Assembly: GCA_963699705.1 (NCBI GenBank)
Contig: CAVOUW010000001.1
Location: forward strand, 33,929 to 97,928
DNA from: an uncultured delta proteobacterium
GTDB taxonomy: Bacteria; Desulfobacterota; Binatia; Binatales; Binataceae
Reading direction: 5' to 3'
DNA length: 64,000 nucleotides
Shown here: one piece after another, positions 18,361 to 29,175 of the stretch
How positions within the stretch are numbered: the stretch's first letter is position 1
How the letters are laid out: each line of letters begins with the position of its first letter
Notes under the pieces: generated by a model
What the model was told of the DNA's origin: nothing
The model's database searches: none
Seen by the model: the letters and a program-made list of their open reading frames with translations, nothing else
Made by a program: the position numbers and the translations under genes

Positions 18361-21006
18361 GTGGAACTGCCCAAAACATTCGATTCCAAATCTGCCGAAG
18401 AGCGATGGTTCCAGTTGTGGATCGACCTCGGCTACTTCAAGGCTGATCCTGCGCGCCCCGGCAAAGTTTTTTCGGTGGTCATTCCGCCGCCCAACGTCAC
18501 CGGCCAGCTCCATCTCGGCCACGCGCTCAACGTCTCGCTGCAGGACATCATCGTTCGCACGCGCCGGATGCAGGGTTACAACACGCTGTGGCTGCCGGGC
18601 ACCGATCACGCAGGAATCGCGACACAGAACGCGGTCGAGAAGGACCTCTCGAAGGAAGGTAAGGACCGGCATCAACTGGGTCGCGACGCGTTCGTCGATC
18701 GCGTCTGGCAATGGCGCGAGACTTACGGCGACCGAATCCTGAATCAGTTGCGGCGCCTCGGCGCGTCATGCGACTGGAGCCGCGAACGCTTCACGCTCGA
18801 CGCTGGCCTGTCGCAAGCGGTGACCAAAGTCTTCGTCGACTTGTACGACAAGAAGCTCATCTACCGCGCGATGCGGCTGATCAACTGGTGCCCGCGATGC
18901 GAAACGGCGCTGTCCGATCTGGAAGTCGATCACACCGACGTCAAAGGCAGCCTCTGGTACATCCGCTACCCGCTCGCCGACGGCAGTGGCTCGATCACGA
19001 TCGCGACGACGCGTCCCGAGACGATGCTGGGCGATACCGCAGTCGCCGTGAATCCGGACGACGAACGCTACAAATCGTACGTCGGCAAAACGCTTCGCCT
19101 GCCGCTGATCGGCCGCGAGATACCGATCATTGCCGACGCCGCGATCGATCGCGAATTCGGCACTGGCGCGTTGAAAGTCACGCCCGCGCATGACCCGGTG
19201 GACTTCGATTTGGGAAAGCGTCACGGACTCGAGCAGATCTCTATTTTCGACGGCACCGCGCACATGAACGAAAACGCCGGGCCGTATCGAGGGATGTCGC
19301 GCGAGGATGCGCGCAAGGAAATCGTCAAGCATCTCGAGATTGCGGGACTCCTTGAAAAGGTCGAGCCGCATCAGCATGCAGTGGGCACGTGCTCGCGATG
19401 CGACAGCATCGTCGAGCCGATGCTCTCCGAGCAATGGTTCCTCGCGATGCGCGCGATGGCCGATCGCGCGATCGAAGCGGTGCGCAAGGGCGACACAACC
19501 TTCCATCCGAAGCGATGGGAGAACGTTTTTTTCAACTGGCTCGAGAACATCCACGACTGGTGTATCTCGCGCCAGCTTTGGTGGGGTCATCGGATTCCCG
19601 CTTACCGATGCGTCCGATGCGACCATCTGATCGTCGCAGCGCAGCGTCCAACGCGATGCCCCGAATGCGACGGTTCCGATATCGTGCAGGACGACGACGT
19701 GCTCGACACCTGGTTCAGCTCGGGCTTGTGGCCGATGTCCACGCTCGGATGGCCCGAAGAAACCGCGGACTTCGCGCGCTACTATCCGACCAGCCTGCTG
19801 CTCACCGGCTTTGACATAATTTTTTTCTGGGTCGCGCGCATGATGATGTTCGGACTCGAGTTCACCGACCAGGTCCCGTTCAAGGACGTGTACATCACGC
19901 CGCTGGTGCGCGATGCGCAGGGCAAGAAGATGAGCAAGACGAAGGGCAACGTGGTTGACCCGCTCGACTTGATGGAACAATACGGCGCCGACGCGGTCCG
20001 CTTCACGCTCGCGCAGTTGGCCGCGCAGGGCCGCGACGTAATCCTGTCGCACGACCGATTCGCCGCATCGCGTGCCTTCGCCAACAAAATCTGGAACGCC
20101 GCTCGCTTCGTTATGATGAATCTCGAAGGCGCGCCGCAACCTCTGCCGAGAGTAGAAATCGCAAAGCTGGGATTAGCCGAGCGATGGATCCTGTCGCGCC
20201 TCGACGACACGATCCGCGAAGTCTCAAGCTCGATCGACGCCTACGAATTCAACGTCGCCGCGATGAAGCTGTACCAATTCATCTGGCATGAGTTCTGTGA
20301 TTGGTACATCGAGCTGTCCAAGGAACCGCTCAAAGCGGGCGGCGAGCGCCAGGCGGGCGCGCGATCGGTGCTAATCAACGTATTCGACAAGATGCTGCGC
20401 CTGCTTCACCCGTTCATGCCATTCGTCTCAGAAGAAATCTGGCAAGTGATCCGCCCGTACATCGACGAGCCAAATCTCGCAGCGCATCTGCCAATCGCAA
20501 AGTATCCAGAACCGTCAGCGACAAATCCGCTGTCAGCAGCGGAAGAACTCGCGATGAATCATTGCATCGAAGCGACGGAGGCAATCAACTCGCTGCGCTC
20601 GCTACTCGGATGGCATCCCGGCCAGCGCGTCATCGCCACGATCAAAGCGGGGGATGCCAAAGAGCTGCCGACATGGCGCCCATATGCGACGACGCTCGCG
20701 AAACTCGACGCACTGAACGTCGATGCATCAGGAGAGCGCGCAGTATTCGCGCATCTCGCATGGGCAGACGTAGGCGTCGACGCGCCCGACGGTTACGACT
20801 TCCAAGTCGCGCGTCAGAAACTACAGAAGCAGCTCGACGAGGTCGGCAAGCATGCCGCTCAACATGAAGCGCGACTGAACGATGAGCGCTTCATGACCAA
20901 AGCCGACCCCGAAACGCGAGTCGAAGTCGCCCAACGATTCGAAGGCCTACAAGCCCAGCGAAAACTGCTAAGCGAACAACTACGCCAACTGGAAGACCGC
21001 GCATGA
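18361..21006 (+). CDS. valS: Valine--tRNA ligase
   Basis: PPPNVTGQLHLGH, DWCISRQLWWGH, KMSKT. Confidence 0.97.
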   Translation: MELPKTFDSKSAEERWFQLWIDLGYFKADPARPGKVFSVVIPPPNVTGQLHLGHALNVSLQDIIVRTRRMQGYNTLWLPGTDHAGIATQNAVEKDLSKEGKDRHQLGRDAFVDRVWQWRETYGDRILNQLRRLGASCDWSRERFTLDAGLSQAVTKVFVDLYDKKLIYRAMRLINWCPRCETALSDLEVDHTDVKGSLWYIRYPLADGSGSITIATTRPETMLGDTAVAVNPDDERYKSYVGKTLRLPLIGREIPIIADAAIDREFGTGALKVTPAHDPVDFDLGKRHGLEQISIFDGTAHMNENAGPYRGMSREDARKEIVKHLEIAGLLEKVEPHQHAVGTCSRCDSIVEPMLSEQWFLAMRAMADRAIEAVRKGDTTFHPKRWENVFFNWLENIHDWCISRQLWWGHRIPAYRCVRCDHLIVAAQRPTRCPECDGSDIVQDDDVLDTWFSSGLWPMSTLGWPEETADFARYYPTSLLLTGFDIIFFWVARMMMFGLEFTDQVPFKDVYITPLVRDAQGKKMSKTKGNVVDPLDLMEQYGADAVRFTLAQLAAQGRDVILSHDRFAASRAFANKIWNAARFVMMNLEGAPQPLPRVEIAKLGLAERWILSRLDDTIREVSSSIDAYEFNVAAMKLYQFIWHEFCDWYIELSKEPLKAGGERQAGARSVLINVFDKMLRLLHPFMPFVSEEIWQVIRPYIDEPNLAAHLPIAKYPEPSATNPLSAAEELAMNHCIEATEAINSLRSLLGWHPGQRVIATIKAGDAKELPTWRPYATTLAKLDALNVDASGERAVFAHLAWADVGVDAPDGYDFQVARQKLQKQLDEVGKHAAQHEARLNDERFMTKADPETRVEVAQRFEGLQAQRKLLSEQLRQLEDRA

Positions 21007-21053
21007 GCGTCTGCCGTAATCGCCCGACATCAGGACACTGCGAACGCGTTGCA

Positions 21054-21239
21054 TCCCCTCTCCCTGAAAGGGAGAGGGTTAAGGTGAGGGTCCTTGTCGA
21101 GCGCGCGATTCTTTTCGCGCGCGGCTCAAGATTCTGCCTTAGTGACTTTCAGAAGATCAGAATCTTGAATCGCGCGCCAAAAGAGGCGCGCTGTATAAGG
21201 ACCCTCACCTTCGATCCTCTCCCTTACAGGGAGAGGGGA
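21054..21239. repeat. About 186-bp imperfect inverted repeat (paired REP / REPIN-like)
   Basis: Arms 21054-21095 and 21197-21239 are near reverse complements; inner segments also pair. Confidence 0.8.
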
Positions 21240-21277
21240 AGAAAAAGTCGCTCAGCGAGAACTTGCGCGGCGAGCTG

Positions 21278-22126
21278 ATGGAACTCTTCAAGCAATTCGA
21301 TCCCACCGACCTTATCAAGCGCGCGCTCGCAGAGGATGTCGGCCAGGGCGATATCACCACCGCCGCGACCGTCGCGCCGGGCGCGATGGGCCGCGCGAGG
21401 ATCACCGTCAAAGAGCCGCGGATGATTCTCGCCGGCGGCGTCCTCATCGACCCCGTGATGCGGCAGGCCGGCGCCGCGCCGCGAATTGTCTCGCTCGCTC
21501 CTGAGGGCGCTCAACTGAAAGCCGGCGACGAGCTCGCGGCGTTTGAAGGCAAGCTCGCGGGATTGCTGATTGGCGAGCGCACTGCGCTCAACTTCGTGCA
21601 GTTCCTCTCCGGAATCGCGACCACGACCCGCGCGTTCGTCGATAAGGTCGCGGGCACTCGCGCGAAGATTATCGACACGCGCAAGACTCATCCCGGGTTA
21701 CGTGTCGTTGAGAAGTACGCGGTCCGCGTCGGCGGCGGGCACAACCATCGCCTGGGCCTCGACAGCGGCGTGCTGATCAAGGAAAACCATATCGCGGCGG
21801 CGGGCACGGTGACGAAGGCTATCGAGGGTGCCCGCCGAATCGCGCCGCATACGCTCAAAATCGAAATCGAATGCGAGACGCTCGCGCAAGTTGAAGAAGC
21901 ACTTAAAGCCGGCGCCGACGCGATCCTGCTCGACAACATGACGCTCGACAATATCCGCAAGGCGCGCGCCCTCGCAGGACCTAAAGTTCAGCTTGAAGTT
22001 TCGGGCGGCGTGTCGCTCGACACAGTTCGCGCGATCGCGGAGGCGGGTGCCGATCTGATCTCCGTCGGTGCGCTGACCCATTCGGCGCGATTTCTGGATA
22101 TCAGCATGAGAATTGACGCGATCTGA
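21278..22126 (+). CDS. nadC: Quinolinate phosphoribosyltransferase
   Basis: EDVGQGDITT, DTRKT.PGLR, NHRLGL, LLDNM, SVGALTHS. Confidence 0.95.
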   Translation: MELFKQFDPTDLIKRALAEDVGQGDITTAATVAPGAMGRARITVKEPRMILAGGVLIDPVMRQAGAAPRIVSLAPEGAQLKAGDELAAFEGKLAGLLIGERTALNFVQFLSGIATTTRAFVDKVAGTRAKIIDTRKTHPGLRVVEKYAVRVGGGHNHRLGLDSGVLIKENHIAAAGTVTKAIEGARRIAPHTLKIEIECETLAQVEEALKAGADAILLDNMTLDNIRKARALAGPKVQLEVSGGVSLDTVRAIAEAGADLISVGALTHSARFLDISMRIDAI

Positions 22127-22168
22127 TTCGCGGGCGCCGTGCGCGCCCGATGTTTGGAACTTAAAGCA

Positions 22169-22966
22169 ATGCCTCAAAATCCATACCTGTCTATCGAACG
22201 AGGCGCGCCGGGCCGGATCGGCTGGCGAATCCATTATTTCGACGAAATAGACTCTACCCAGGAGGCCGCGCGCGAGTTGGCCGCGAACGGTGCCGATCAG
22301 GGCACGTTAGTAATTGCCGAGCGTCAGACCGCCGGGCGTGGCAGGATGGGCCGCACGTGGCATTCGCCGTCCGGCGTCAATCTCTACACCACGATAATCC
22401 TCCGTCCCCCGATTCCGCTGACCGATGTTCCGCGTATGAGCCTGGTCGCCGGCGTCGCGGCCGCTGAAGCCCTCGAGCGCGAGGCGCCCGGGATCGTCGC
22501 GCTCAAATGGCCCAACGACGTCTGGCTGCGCGGCCGCAAGGCCGGCGGCATCATCGCCGAGGCCGTCACCGACGCGCGCCAGAATCTCGACTGCGTGCTG
22601 CTCGGCATCGGCCTCAATATCAATCTCGCCGCCGACGACATCCCCCCAGACCTGCGCGACAAGGCGACCTCGATGCGCATCGCGACCGGCCACGCATGCG
22701 ACCGGATTGCCATCGCCGACTCGCTTTTTAATCTGCTCGACCTTCGCTATATGGAAACCCTGACGCGCGGCTTCGACGCGGTCCGCCCGGCTTGGGAGCG
22801 CTTCTCGGCGCTGACCGGCCGCCGCATCGCGATCGTGGACGGCGACCGGCGTCAATCGGGCGTCGTGAAAGGAATCGACGCGACCGGTGCACTGCTGCTA
22901 GACATCGGAGACCGCGTCGAGCGGGTGGTCGCGGGTGAGGTTAGTGTGGAGGGGGCATACGAGTAA
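22169..22966 (+). CDS. birA: Biotin protein ligase (no HTH domain)
   Basis: QTAGRGRMGRTW.SP, LKWPND, KAGGI. Confidence 0.92.
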   Translation: MPQNPYLSIERGAPGRIGWRIHYFDEIDSTQEAARELAANGADQGTLVIAERQTAGRGRMGRTWHSPSGVNLYTTIILRPPIPLTDVPRMSLVAGVAAAEALEREAPGIVALKWPNDVWLRGRKAGGIIAEAVTDARQNLDCVLLGIGLNINLAADDIPPDLRDKATSMRIATGHACDRIAIADSLFNLLDLRYMETLTRGFDAVRPAWERFSALTGRRIAIVDGDRRQSGVVKGIDATGALLLDIGDRVERVVAGEVSVEGAYE

Positions 22967-23059
22967 TATTTATGTAACGAACGCGAAATAATTGCATCGA
23001 TCGGGGCATGGCGCTCTGAATTCGGCGCGGTCCCGGCGAGCAAGCTGAGAGGTGACTCC

Positions 23060-25179
23060 ATGGCTGTGGAGGAAATCGGAAGGCTTCGGACAATCGCAAT
23101 CGTGGGCCAGGGCGGGACCGGCAAGACGCAGGCCGCCGACGCGATGCTCTTCACTTCAGGCGCTCGCGCCGCGGCTCGGGCGGCCCGACGACGGCTCGGC
23201 CGCGATGGACTTCGAGCCCGAAGAAACCAAGCATCACATTTCAATCAGCTCCGCGTTCAATCATCTCAACTGGAAAAAGACCGAAGTAATTTTCGCCGAC
23301 ACGCCCGGCTACACCGCGTTTCTGCCCGAGACGCTCACGACTCTGCGCGCGGTTGACGGGGTCGTGATGCTGATAAGTCCGGGCGCCGACACCAAGATCG
23401 AATCGGAAAAAATCTGGAGCGGCGACCGAAGAACTCAAGCTGCCGCGGATCGCGTTCGTCTCGCGGCTCGATCGCGAGCGCACCAGCTTCGACGCCGCGA
23501 TGAAGGATCTCGAGAAAGTTCTCGGCGCGCGCGCGGTCGCGCTGACGATTCCGATCGGCGAGGAGCTTGGCTTCAAGGGCGTCGTCGACGTACTCGCGAT
23601 GAAAGCACTGACCTACGCCGACACCAGCGGCAAATTCAAGGAAGAGGAACTGTCCGCCGACCTGAAGACCCAGGCGGAAGCGGCGCGCACCGCGTTGTTC
23701 GAGGCGGTCGCCGAGACCGACGACGCGCTGCTCGAAAAATATCTCGATAAGGGCACTCTCGACGACGCCGAAGTTCGCGCCGCGCTGCATGCGGCCGTCG
23801 TCGATCGCAAAATCACTCCCGTTTTCTGCGGCTCGGGCGCGAAAAATATCGGCATCGGCCCGCTGCTCGACGCCGTCACGACATATCTGCCCGCGCCCAA
23901 CGAGCGGCCGCCGGTGGAATGCCAAAATCCCACGACCGGCGAGCCGGTCAGCCGTCCCGCTGATCCGTCAGCGCCGCTCGCTGCGCTGGTGTTCAAGACG
24001 ATCATCGATCCGTTCGCCGGCAAGCTTTCCATCTTCCGTATCATTTCTGGCCGCGCCCAAAGCGACGGTTCGGTGCTCAACTCGACTCGCGAAACGAAGG
24101 AGCGCTTCGGTCAGTTGCTGCGGCTCGAAGGCAAGAAGCAGTCGCCCATCGCCAGCGCGATTGCCGGCGAAATTGTCGCCGTCGCCAAGCTCAAGGACAC
24201 TACCACCGGCGACACGTTGTGCGACGAGAAGGCGCCGGTGCTCGTAATGCCGCCGTTGACGCGTCCCCACGGCGTCATCTCGTTCGCGGTTCGGCCCAAG
24301 ACCAAGAGCGATGAGGAAAAGTCGTCTGCGGCGATGCAAAAGCTGATCGAGGAGGACCTCGCGCTCGAGATGCATCGCGATCCGCAAACTCACGACATCA
24401 TTCTGTCGGGCACCGGCCAGATGCATATCGAAATCACGGTCGAGAAGTTGCGTCGAAAGTTCAACGTAGACGTCGAGCTGCAAGCGCCCAAGGTTCCGTA
24501 CAAGGAAACGATCAAGGGACGCGCCGAGGCGCAGGGCAAGTACAAGCGCCAGTCCGGCGGTCGCGGCCAATACGGCGATTGCTGGCTCAAGATCGAGCCG
24601 ATGCAGCGCGGCAAGGGCTTCGAGTTCGTCGACAATATCGTCGGCGGCGTCATCCCGCGCAACTTTATTCCGTCCGTCGAAAAGGGCGTGCGCAACACGC
24701 TGCCCGACGGATTCCTGGCCGGCTACCCAATGGTGGACGTTAGAGTGACCGTCTTCGACGGCAGCTATCACGACGTCGATTCGTCGGACATGGCGTTTCA
24801 GATTGCAGCCTCGATGGGCTTCAAGGCGTGCCTGGAAAAAGCCCGGCCGATCATCCTCGAACCAATCGTCGCGATCGAAGTCGCGTGTCCCGACGAATGC
24901 ATGGGCGACGTGATCGGCGACTTGAATTCGCGCCGCGGCAAAGTCCTCGGCATGGACAGTAAGGGCAACGGCCAGGTGATCAAGGCGCAGGTCCCGATGT
25001 CGGAAGTGCTGAAGTACGCGCCCGACCTGCGCTCGATCACGTCGGGTCGCGGCTCGTTCGAGCAACACTTTTCGCACTACGAGGAGGCTCCGGCTCCGGT
25101 CGCTGAAAAAATTATCAAGGAGACGCATGCGGCGCGCGAGGCCGCCGGCGCCAAATCGCACGCCCACGCGCACGCATAA
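23060..25179 (+). CDS. Elongation factor G paralogue (EF-G2-like), apparent indels near 23170 and 23420
   Basis: GQGGTGKT, DTPGY, PKVPYKET, KRQSGGRGQYG, DGSYHDVDSS, ILEPI. Confidence 0.9.
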
Positions 25180-25256
25180 GCGGTGCGAGTGGGCAGGGCG
25201 GCCTTGTATTGCCAGCGCCGCCCGTCTTGTACAATCGGGCCTGAGTATGCACTGCG

Positions 25257-25469
25257 ATGGCGCCGATAGGAAAAAGCCTGGTCTTCGCCGGTATCGCGAT
25301 CATCGTCGTGGGACTGCTGCTGTGGGGATTCTCGTCGGTTCCGTTGGTCGGCAAACTGCCCGGCGATATCTACATCCGTCGCGGCAATTTCACCTTCTAT
25401 TTTCCTATCGTCACCTGCATTTTAATCAGCATCATTGCGACAATCTTCCTCTCGTTGATGAGGCGTTGA
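25257..25469 (+). CDS. DUF2905-family small membrane protein
   Basis: GKLPGDIYI...FYFPIVTCILIS. Confidence 0.88.
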   Translation: MAPIGKSLVFAGIAIIVVGLLLWGFSSVPLVGKLPGDIYIRRGNFTFYFPIVTCILISIIATIFLSLMRR

Positions 25470-25473
25470 CCAA

Positions 25474-27759
25474 TTGGCAGCGGACAAGCAGGTAGGCGCG
25501 CATCGGCTTGCAGAGCGCAAGCGGCGTCGTCGCGAAGCGCAAAAGAACGTAAGCCCACATCGGCTTGCAGAGCGCAAGCGCCGTCGTCGCGAGCTGATCG
25601 CGGTCGGCGTGGCCGGCGCGGTTTTAGTCGCATTCGTATTCGCGCAAACCGAGCTGCCGCCGCTCACGCGTCACACCTCGCTCGCTTCCAATCTCGCCGT
25701 CATCTCGCTCTTCAACCTGAGCTTCCTGCTGCTCGCCTTGATGTTGTTCCTGGTCGGACGCAATCTCGCCAAGGTCTTCTTCGAGCGCCGCCGCGGTTTG
25801 ATTGGCTCGAAATTCCAGGCGCGGCTGGTCTCGGGCTTTATCGCCGTCGCACTGATCCCCAGCGCGTTCCTGCTTTACGTGTCGGGCGTCTTCCTGCACG
25901 CCGACATCAACAGCTGGTTCAATCCCGAGTACGAGCGGATTCTTAACGACTCGCTCGAAATCGCGAAGACCTACTACCTCAACTCAGCCAACAACGCGTC
26001 GCATTTCGCGCGCGTGCTGGCAGAGGAGATCTCGGCACAAGGACTGCTCGCGCCGACTAAGCGCGACGACCTCAAAAAGTTCATCGCCAAGCGTCAGCAG
26101 GAATACAACCTCGGCACTATCGAGGTCTTCTCCGCCGATCGCAAACTGTTGCTGCTCGACATCAGCCCCAAGACGCCCACCGGCATCGGCGCGTCGCCCG
26201 ATTCACCGATCATCTCGCAAACCCTGAAGGGACAGGCGCTCACGCGCACCGACCGCCTCGGCGACGCCGACGTGATCCGCGGCTCCGCGCCAATTTACGT
26301 CTCGAGCGATGCCGACAATGTGCTCGGTGCCGTGCTGGTCGATTACTACCTGCCGCAAAGCCTCGCGACCCGCGCTACCAACATCTCGCGCGTCTCCGAG
26401 GATTATTTCCAGCTCCGAATCCTTCGCCAGCCGATCATGAACAGCTACCTGATTACGCTGGTGCTGATCGGACTGGTGGTGGTCACGCTCGCGAGCTGGT
26501 TCGGAATTTTTCTCTCGCGCGGAATCACCGGCCCGATCAAATTGCTCGCCCGCGGGACGCAAGCGATCGCCGGCGGCGATCTCAACTTTCGCATCCCCGC
26601 CGTCGGCGATGACGAAATTGGGCATCTCGTCGACTCCTTCAACCAGATGACCACCGATCTGCGCTCATCAGCCGCCGAACTCGAGCGTCGCCGGCAGTAC
26701 ACGGAGACTTTGTTGCGCAACGTGTCGGCGGGCGTCGTCGGACTCGACCACGACGGCGTCGTCACCACGATCAATCCATGCGCCGAGCGCCTGCTCGACC
26801 TCAACGCCGCCGACGTCATCGGCCGCAACTATCAGGGCGCGTTTCCGGCCACGCTCGCCCGCGTGCTCGACGACGTCTTCGCATTCGCGACGCGTCCGCG
26901 CGAGGCTCGTTCGACCGTCAAGCTCGAAGTCGCTGGCAGCGAGACCGAGCTGATGATGACGGCGAGTCCGCTCGGAGACACCCCCGGCGAGCCAGCCGGA
27001 ACGGTCCTGTTCTTCGAGGACGTCAGCCAGATCGCGAAGGTCGAGCGCATGGAGGCTTGGCGCGAAGTCGCACGCCGCATCGCGCACGAGATAAAAAATC
27101 CGTTGACTCCGATCCAGCTCTCAGCCGAACGCCTCCGCCGTCAGCTTGGCGCCCGCCCGGGAATCGAATCCGCGCTGGTCGAGGAATGCACCAAGACCAT
27201 CATCGGCGAGGTCGAGGATCTCAAGCGTCTCGTCAATGAGTTCTCGGCCTTCGCGCGGATGCCGCATCTCAATCCCGTCCCCGGCGACATCAACGCGCTG
27301 GCCGGCGAGACCGTCGCGAATTTCCGCGAAGCTCATCCCAACGTCGAGTTTGTGCTCGCGCTCGACCCCGCGATTCCGCTTATCCCGATCGATCGCGACG
27401 CGATGAAGCGCGCGCTCGTCAACCTGCTCGACAACGCCGTCGCCGCCGTAACCGCCTTCAGTCACAACGGCGCCGGCCCGCAAATCGAAGTCCGCAGTCA
27501 CCGGCTTTCCGACAACTCGCTGGTGACCCTCGAAGTCGCCGACAACGGCCCCGGCATCGACCCGCGCCTCCGTACGCGCATCTTCGAGCCGTACTATTCC
27601 GGCCGAAAAGGCGGCACCGGGCTGGGCCTTGCGATCGTTTCCGCGGTCGTAACCGACCATCATGGCTTCGTTCGCGTGACCGACAACCGCCCGCGCGGAA
27701 GTAGATTTGTGCTCGAATTTCCTGTTAAACTTCAGCAATTCGCAAAGGCAACCGGCTGA
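25474..27759 (+). CDS. NtrY-like sensor histidine kinase (TM, HAMP, PAS, HisKA, HATPase)
   Basis: AWREVARRIAHEIKNPLTPIQLSAERL, NLLDNA, DNGPGI, GTGLGL. Confidence 0.92.
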   Translation: MAADKQVGAHRLAERKRRRREAQKNVSPHRLAERKRRRRELIAVGVAGAVLVAFVFAQTELPPLTRHTSLASNLAVISLFNLSFLLLALMLFLVGRNLAKVFFERRRGLIGSKFQARLVSGFIAVALIPSAFLLYVSGVFLHADINSWFNPEYERILNDSLEIAKTYYLNSANNASHFARVLAEEISAQGLLAPTKRDDLKKFIAKRQQEYNLGTIEVFSADRKLLLLDISPKTPTGIGASPDSPIISQTLKGQALTRTDRLGDADVIRGSAPIYVSSDADNVLGAVLVDYYLPQSLATRATNISRVSEDYFQLRILRQPIMNSYLITLVLIGLVVVTLASWFGIFLSRGITGPIKLLARGTQAIAGGDLNFRIPAVGDDEIGHLVDSFNQMTTDLRSSAAELERRRQYTETLLRNVSAGVVGLDHDGVVTTINPCAERLLDLNAADVIGRNYQGAFPATLARVLDDVFAFATRPREARSTVKLEVAGSETELMMTASPLGDTPGEPAGTVLFFEDVSQIAKVERMEAWREVARRIAHEIKNPLTPIQLSAERLRRQLGARPGIESALVEECTKTIIGEVEDLKRLVNEFSAFARMPHLNPVPGDINALAGETVANFREAHPNVEFVLALDPAIPLIPIDRDAMKRALVNLLDNAVAAVTAFSHNGAGPQIEVRSHRLSDNSLVTLEVADNGPGIDPRLRTRIFEPYYSGRKGGTGLGLAIVSAVVTDHHGFVRVTDNRPRGSRFVLEFPVKLQQFAKATG

Positions 27760-27811
27760 TGCGACCCTCACCGCGCTCTGACATGAGCGCGCTTCCCGGA
27801 GAAAATCTAAC

Positions 27812-29089
27812 GTGAATGAGACCGTGCTGGTGGTGGATGATGAGGAGCGGATTCGGTCGTCGTTGCGTGGAATTCTAAGCGACGAAGGCTTTCGTGTGGT
27901 CGATACCGGCAACGCGCCCGGCGTGATGGACCTGATCGCGCGCGAGAGTCCCGCAATCGTTCTGCTCGATGTCTGGATGCCTGAGATGGACGGCATCGAG
28001 TTGCTGCGGCGAATAAAAAGCGAGCAGCCGCGCGTGCCGGTGATCATGATCTCCGGCCATGCCAACATCCAGAGCGCGGTCGCCGCGACCAAACTGGGCG
28101 CCGCCGATTTTATTCAGAAGCCATTTTCGGTCAGTGGATTGCTCGCGTCGATCGCACGCGCGCTCGAGGGCGATTCCGCCGGTCCCGATCGGTCGCACGC
28201 ACGCGGGATGAGCGCAGCGGTCCGCGCCGCCGGCCGCGAGGCAATCCGCGCCGGTGCGATACCGCAAAAAACTGTCGCGCGCTCCATCGTGATGGGCGGG
28301 CAGGGGCTTCACACCGGCCTCAAGACCGGCGTCATCCTTCATCCTGCGCCCGCCGGATTCGGCATCGTGTTCACCTCGCTCGCCGACGAAACCGCGATTC
28401 CAGTTCGCTTCGAGAACGTCACCGACACCGGCTACAACACCACGCTCACCAGCGGCAGCCGCTCGGTCCGCACCGTCGAACATTTGCTGTCGGTACTGCA
28501 TGCGTTCGGCATCACCAATCTCCTCATCAAGACTGACGACGAAGTCCCCGCGCTCGACGGCTCCGCGCTCGAGTTCTGCAAACAGCTGGCCGAAGCCGGA
28601 CTCACCGAACAGGACGCGACCGTCGAACCGATCAACCTCAAGCACAAGATCGTGATCGGCGAGGAAGGCGAGGGCCTCGAGTACATCAAGGTCGAGCCCG
28701 CCGATCATCTAATCATCGACTACACGCTCGATTACCCGAAACCGATCGGCATCCAGCAGTTGCACTTCGAGCTGACTTCTATCGAGGCCTATACACGTGA
28801 AATCGCACCCGCACGAACCTTCGGCTTCGTCTGGGAGTTCCGCAAGCTCGCACAGCTAGGCCTCGGCAGCGGCGCCCGCATCGACAACGCAATCCTGGTC
28901 GACGACGAGAAGGTAGTTAACACGACGTTGCGCTTCCCCGACGAATTCGCCCGCCACAAAGTCCTGGACCTTATCGGCGACCTCTACCTGCTAGGCCGCC
29001 CCCTACACGCGCACATAACCGCCTCAAAAACCGGCCACTCCGACAACCTGGCCCTAGTGAAGGCAATCCACGCCTCTCTACAGAGCTAG
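27812..29089 (+). CDS. lpxC: Response-regulator receiver fused to UDP-3-O-acyl-GlcNAc deacetylase
   Basis: REC: VVDDE, LLDVWMP, ISGH, QKPF. LpxC from about 28262: GLHTG, TVEHLL, DGSA, ARTFGF, HKVLDLIGDL, KTGH. Confidence 0.92.
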   Translation: MNETVLVVDDEERIRSSLRGILSDEGFRVVDTGNAPGVMDLIARESPAIVLLDVWMPEMDGIELLRRIKSEQPRVPVIMISGHANIQSAVAATKLGAADFIQKPFSVSGLLASIARALEGDSAGPDRSHARGMSAAVRAAGREAIRAGAIPQKTVARSIVMGGQGLHTGLKTGVILHPAPAGFGIVFTSLADETAIPVRFENVTDTGYNTTLTSGSRSVRTVEHLLSVLHAFGITNLLIKTDDEVPALDGSALEFCKQLAEAGLTEQDATVEPINLKHKIVIGEEGEGLEYIKVEPADHLIIDYTLDYPKPIGIQQLHFELTSIEAYTREIAPARTFGFVWEFRKLAQLGLGSGARIDNAILVDDEKVVNTTLRFPDEFARHKVLDLIGDLYLLGRPLHAHITASKTGHSDNLALVKAIHASLQS

Positions 29090-29100
29090 TCATCGTTTTT

Positions 29101-29145
29101 ATTCCGGTTCCCCTTCCCGCGCGGGAAGGGGTTAGGGGTTAGGTT
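29101..29145 (+). repeat. Repeat family A
   Basis: CCCTTCCCGCGCGGGAAGGGGTTAGGGGTTAGG. Confidence 0.85.
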
Positions 29146-29175
29146 CCTAAGGCGCAAGCGCCTAGTCTTCTAACC

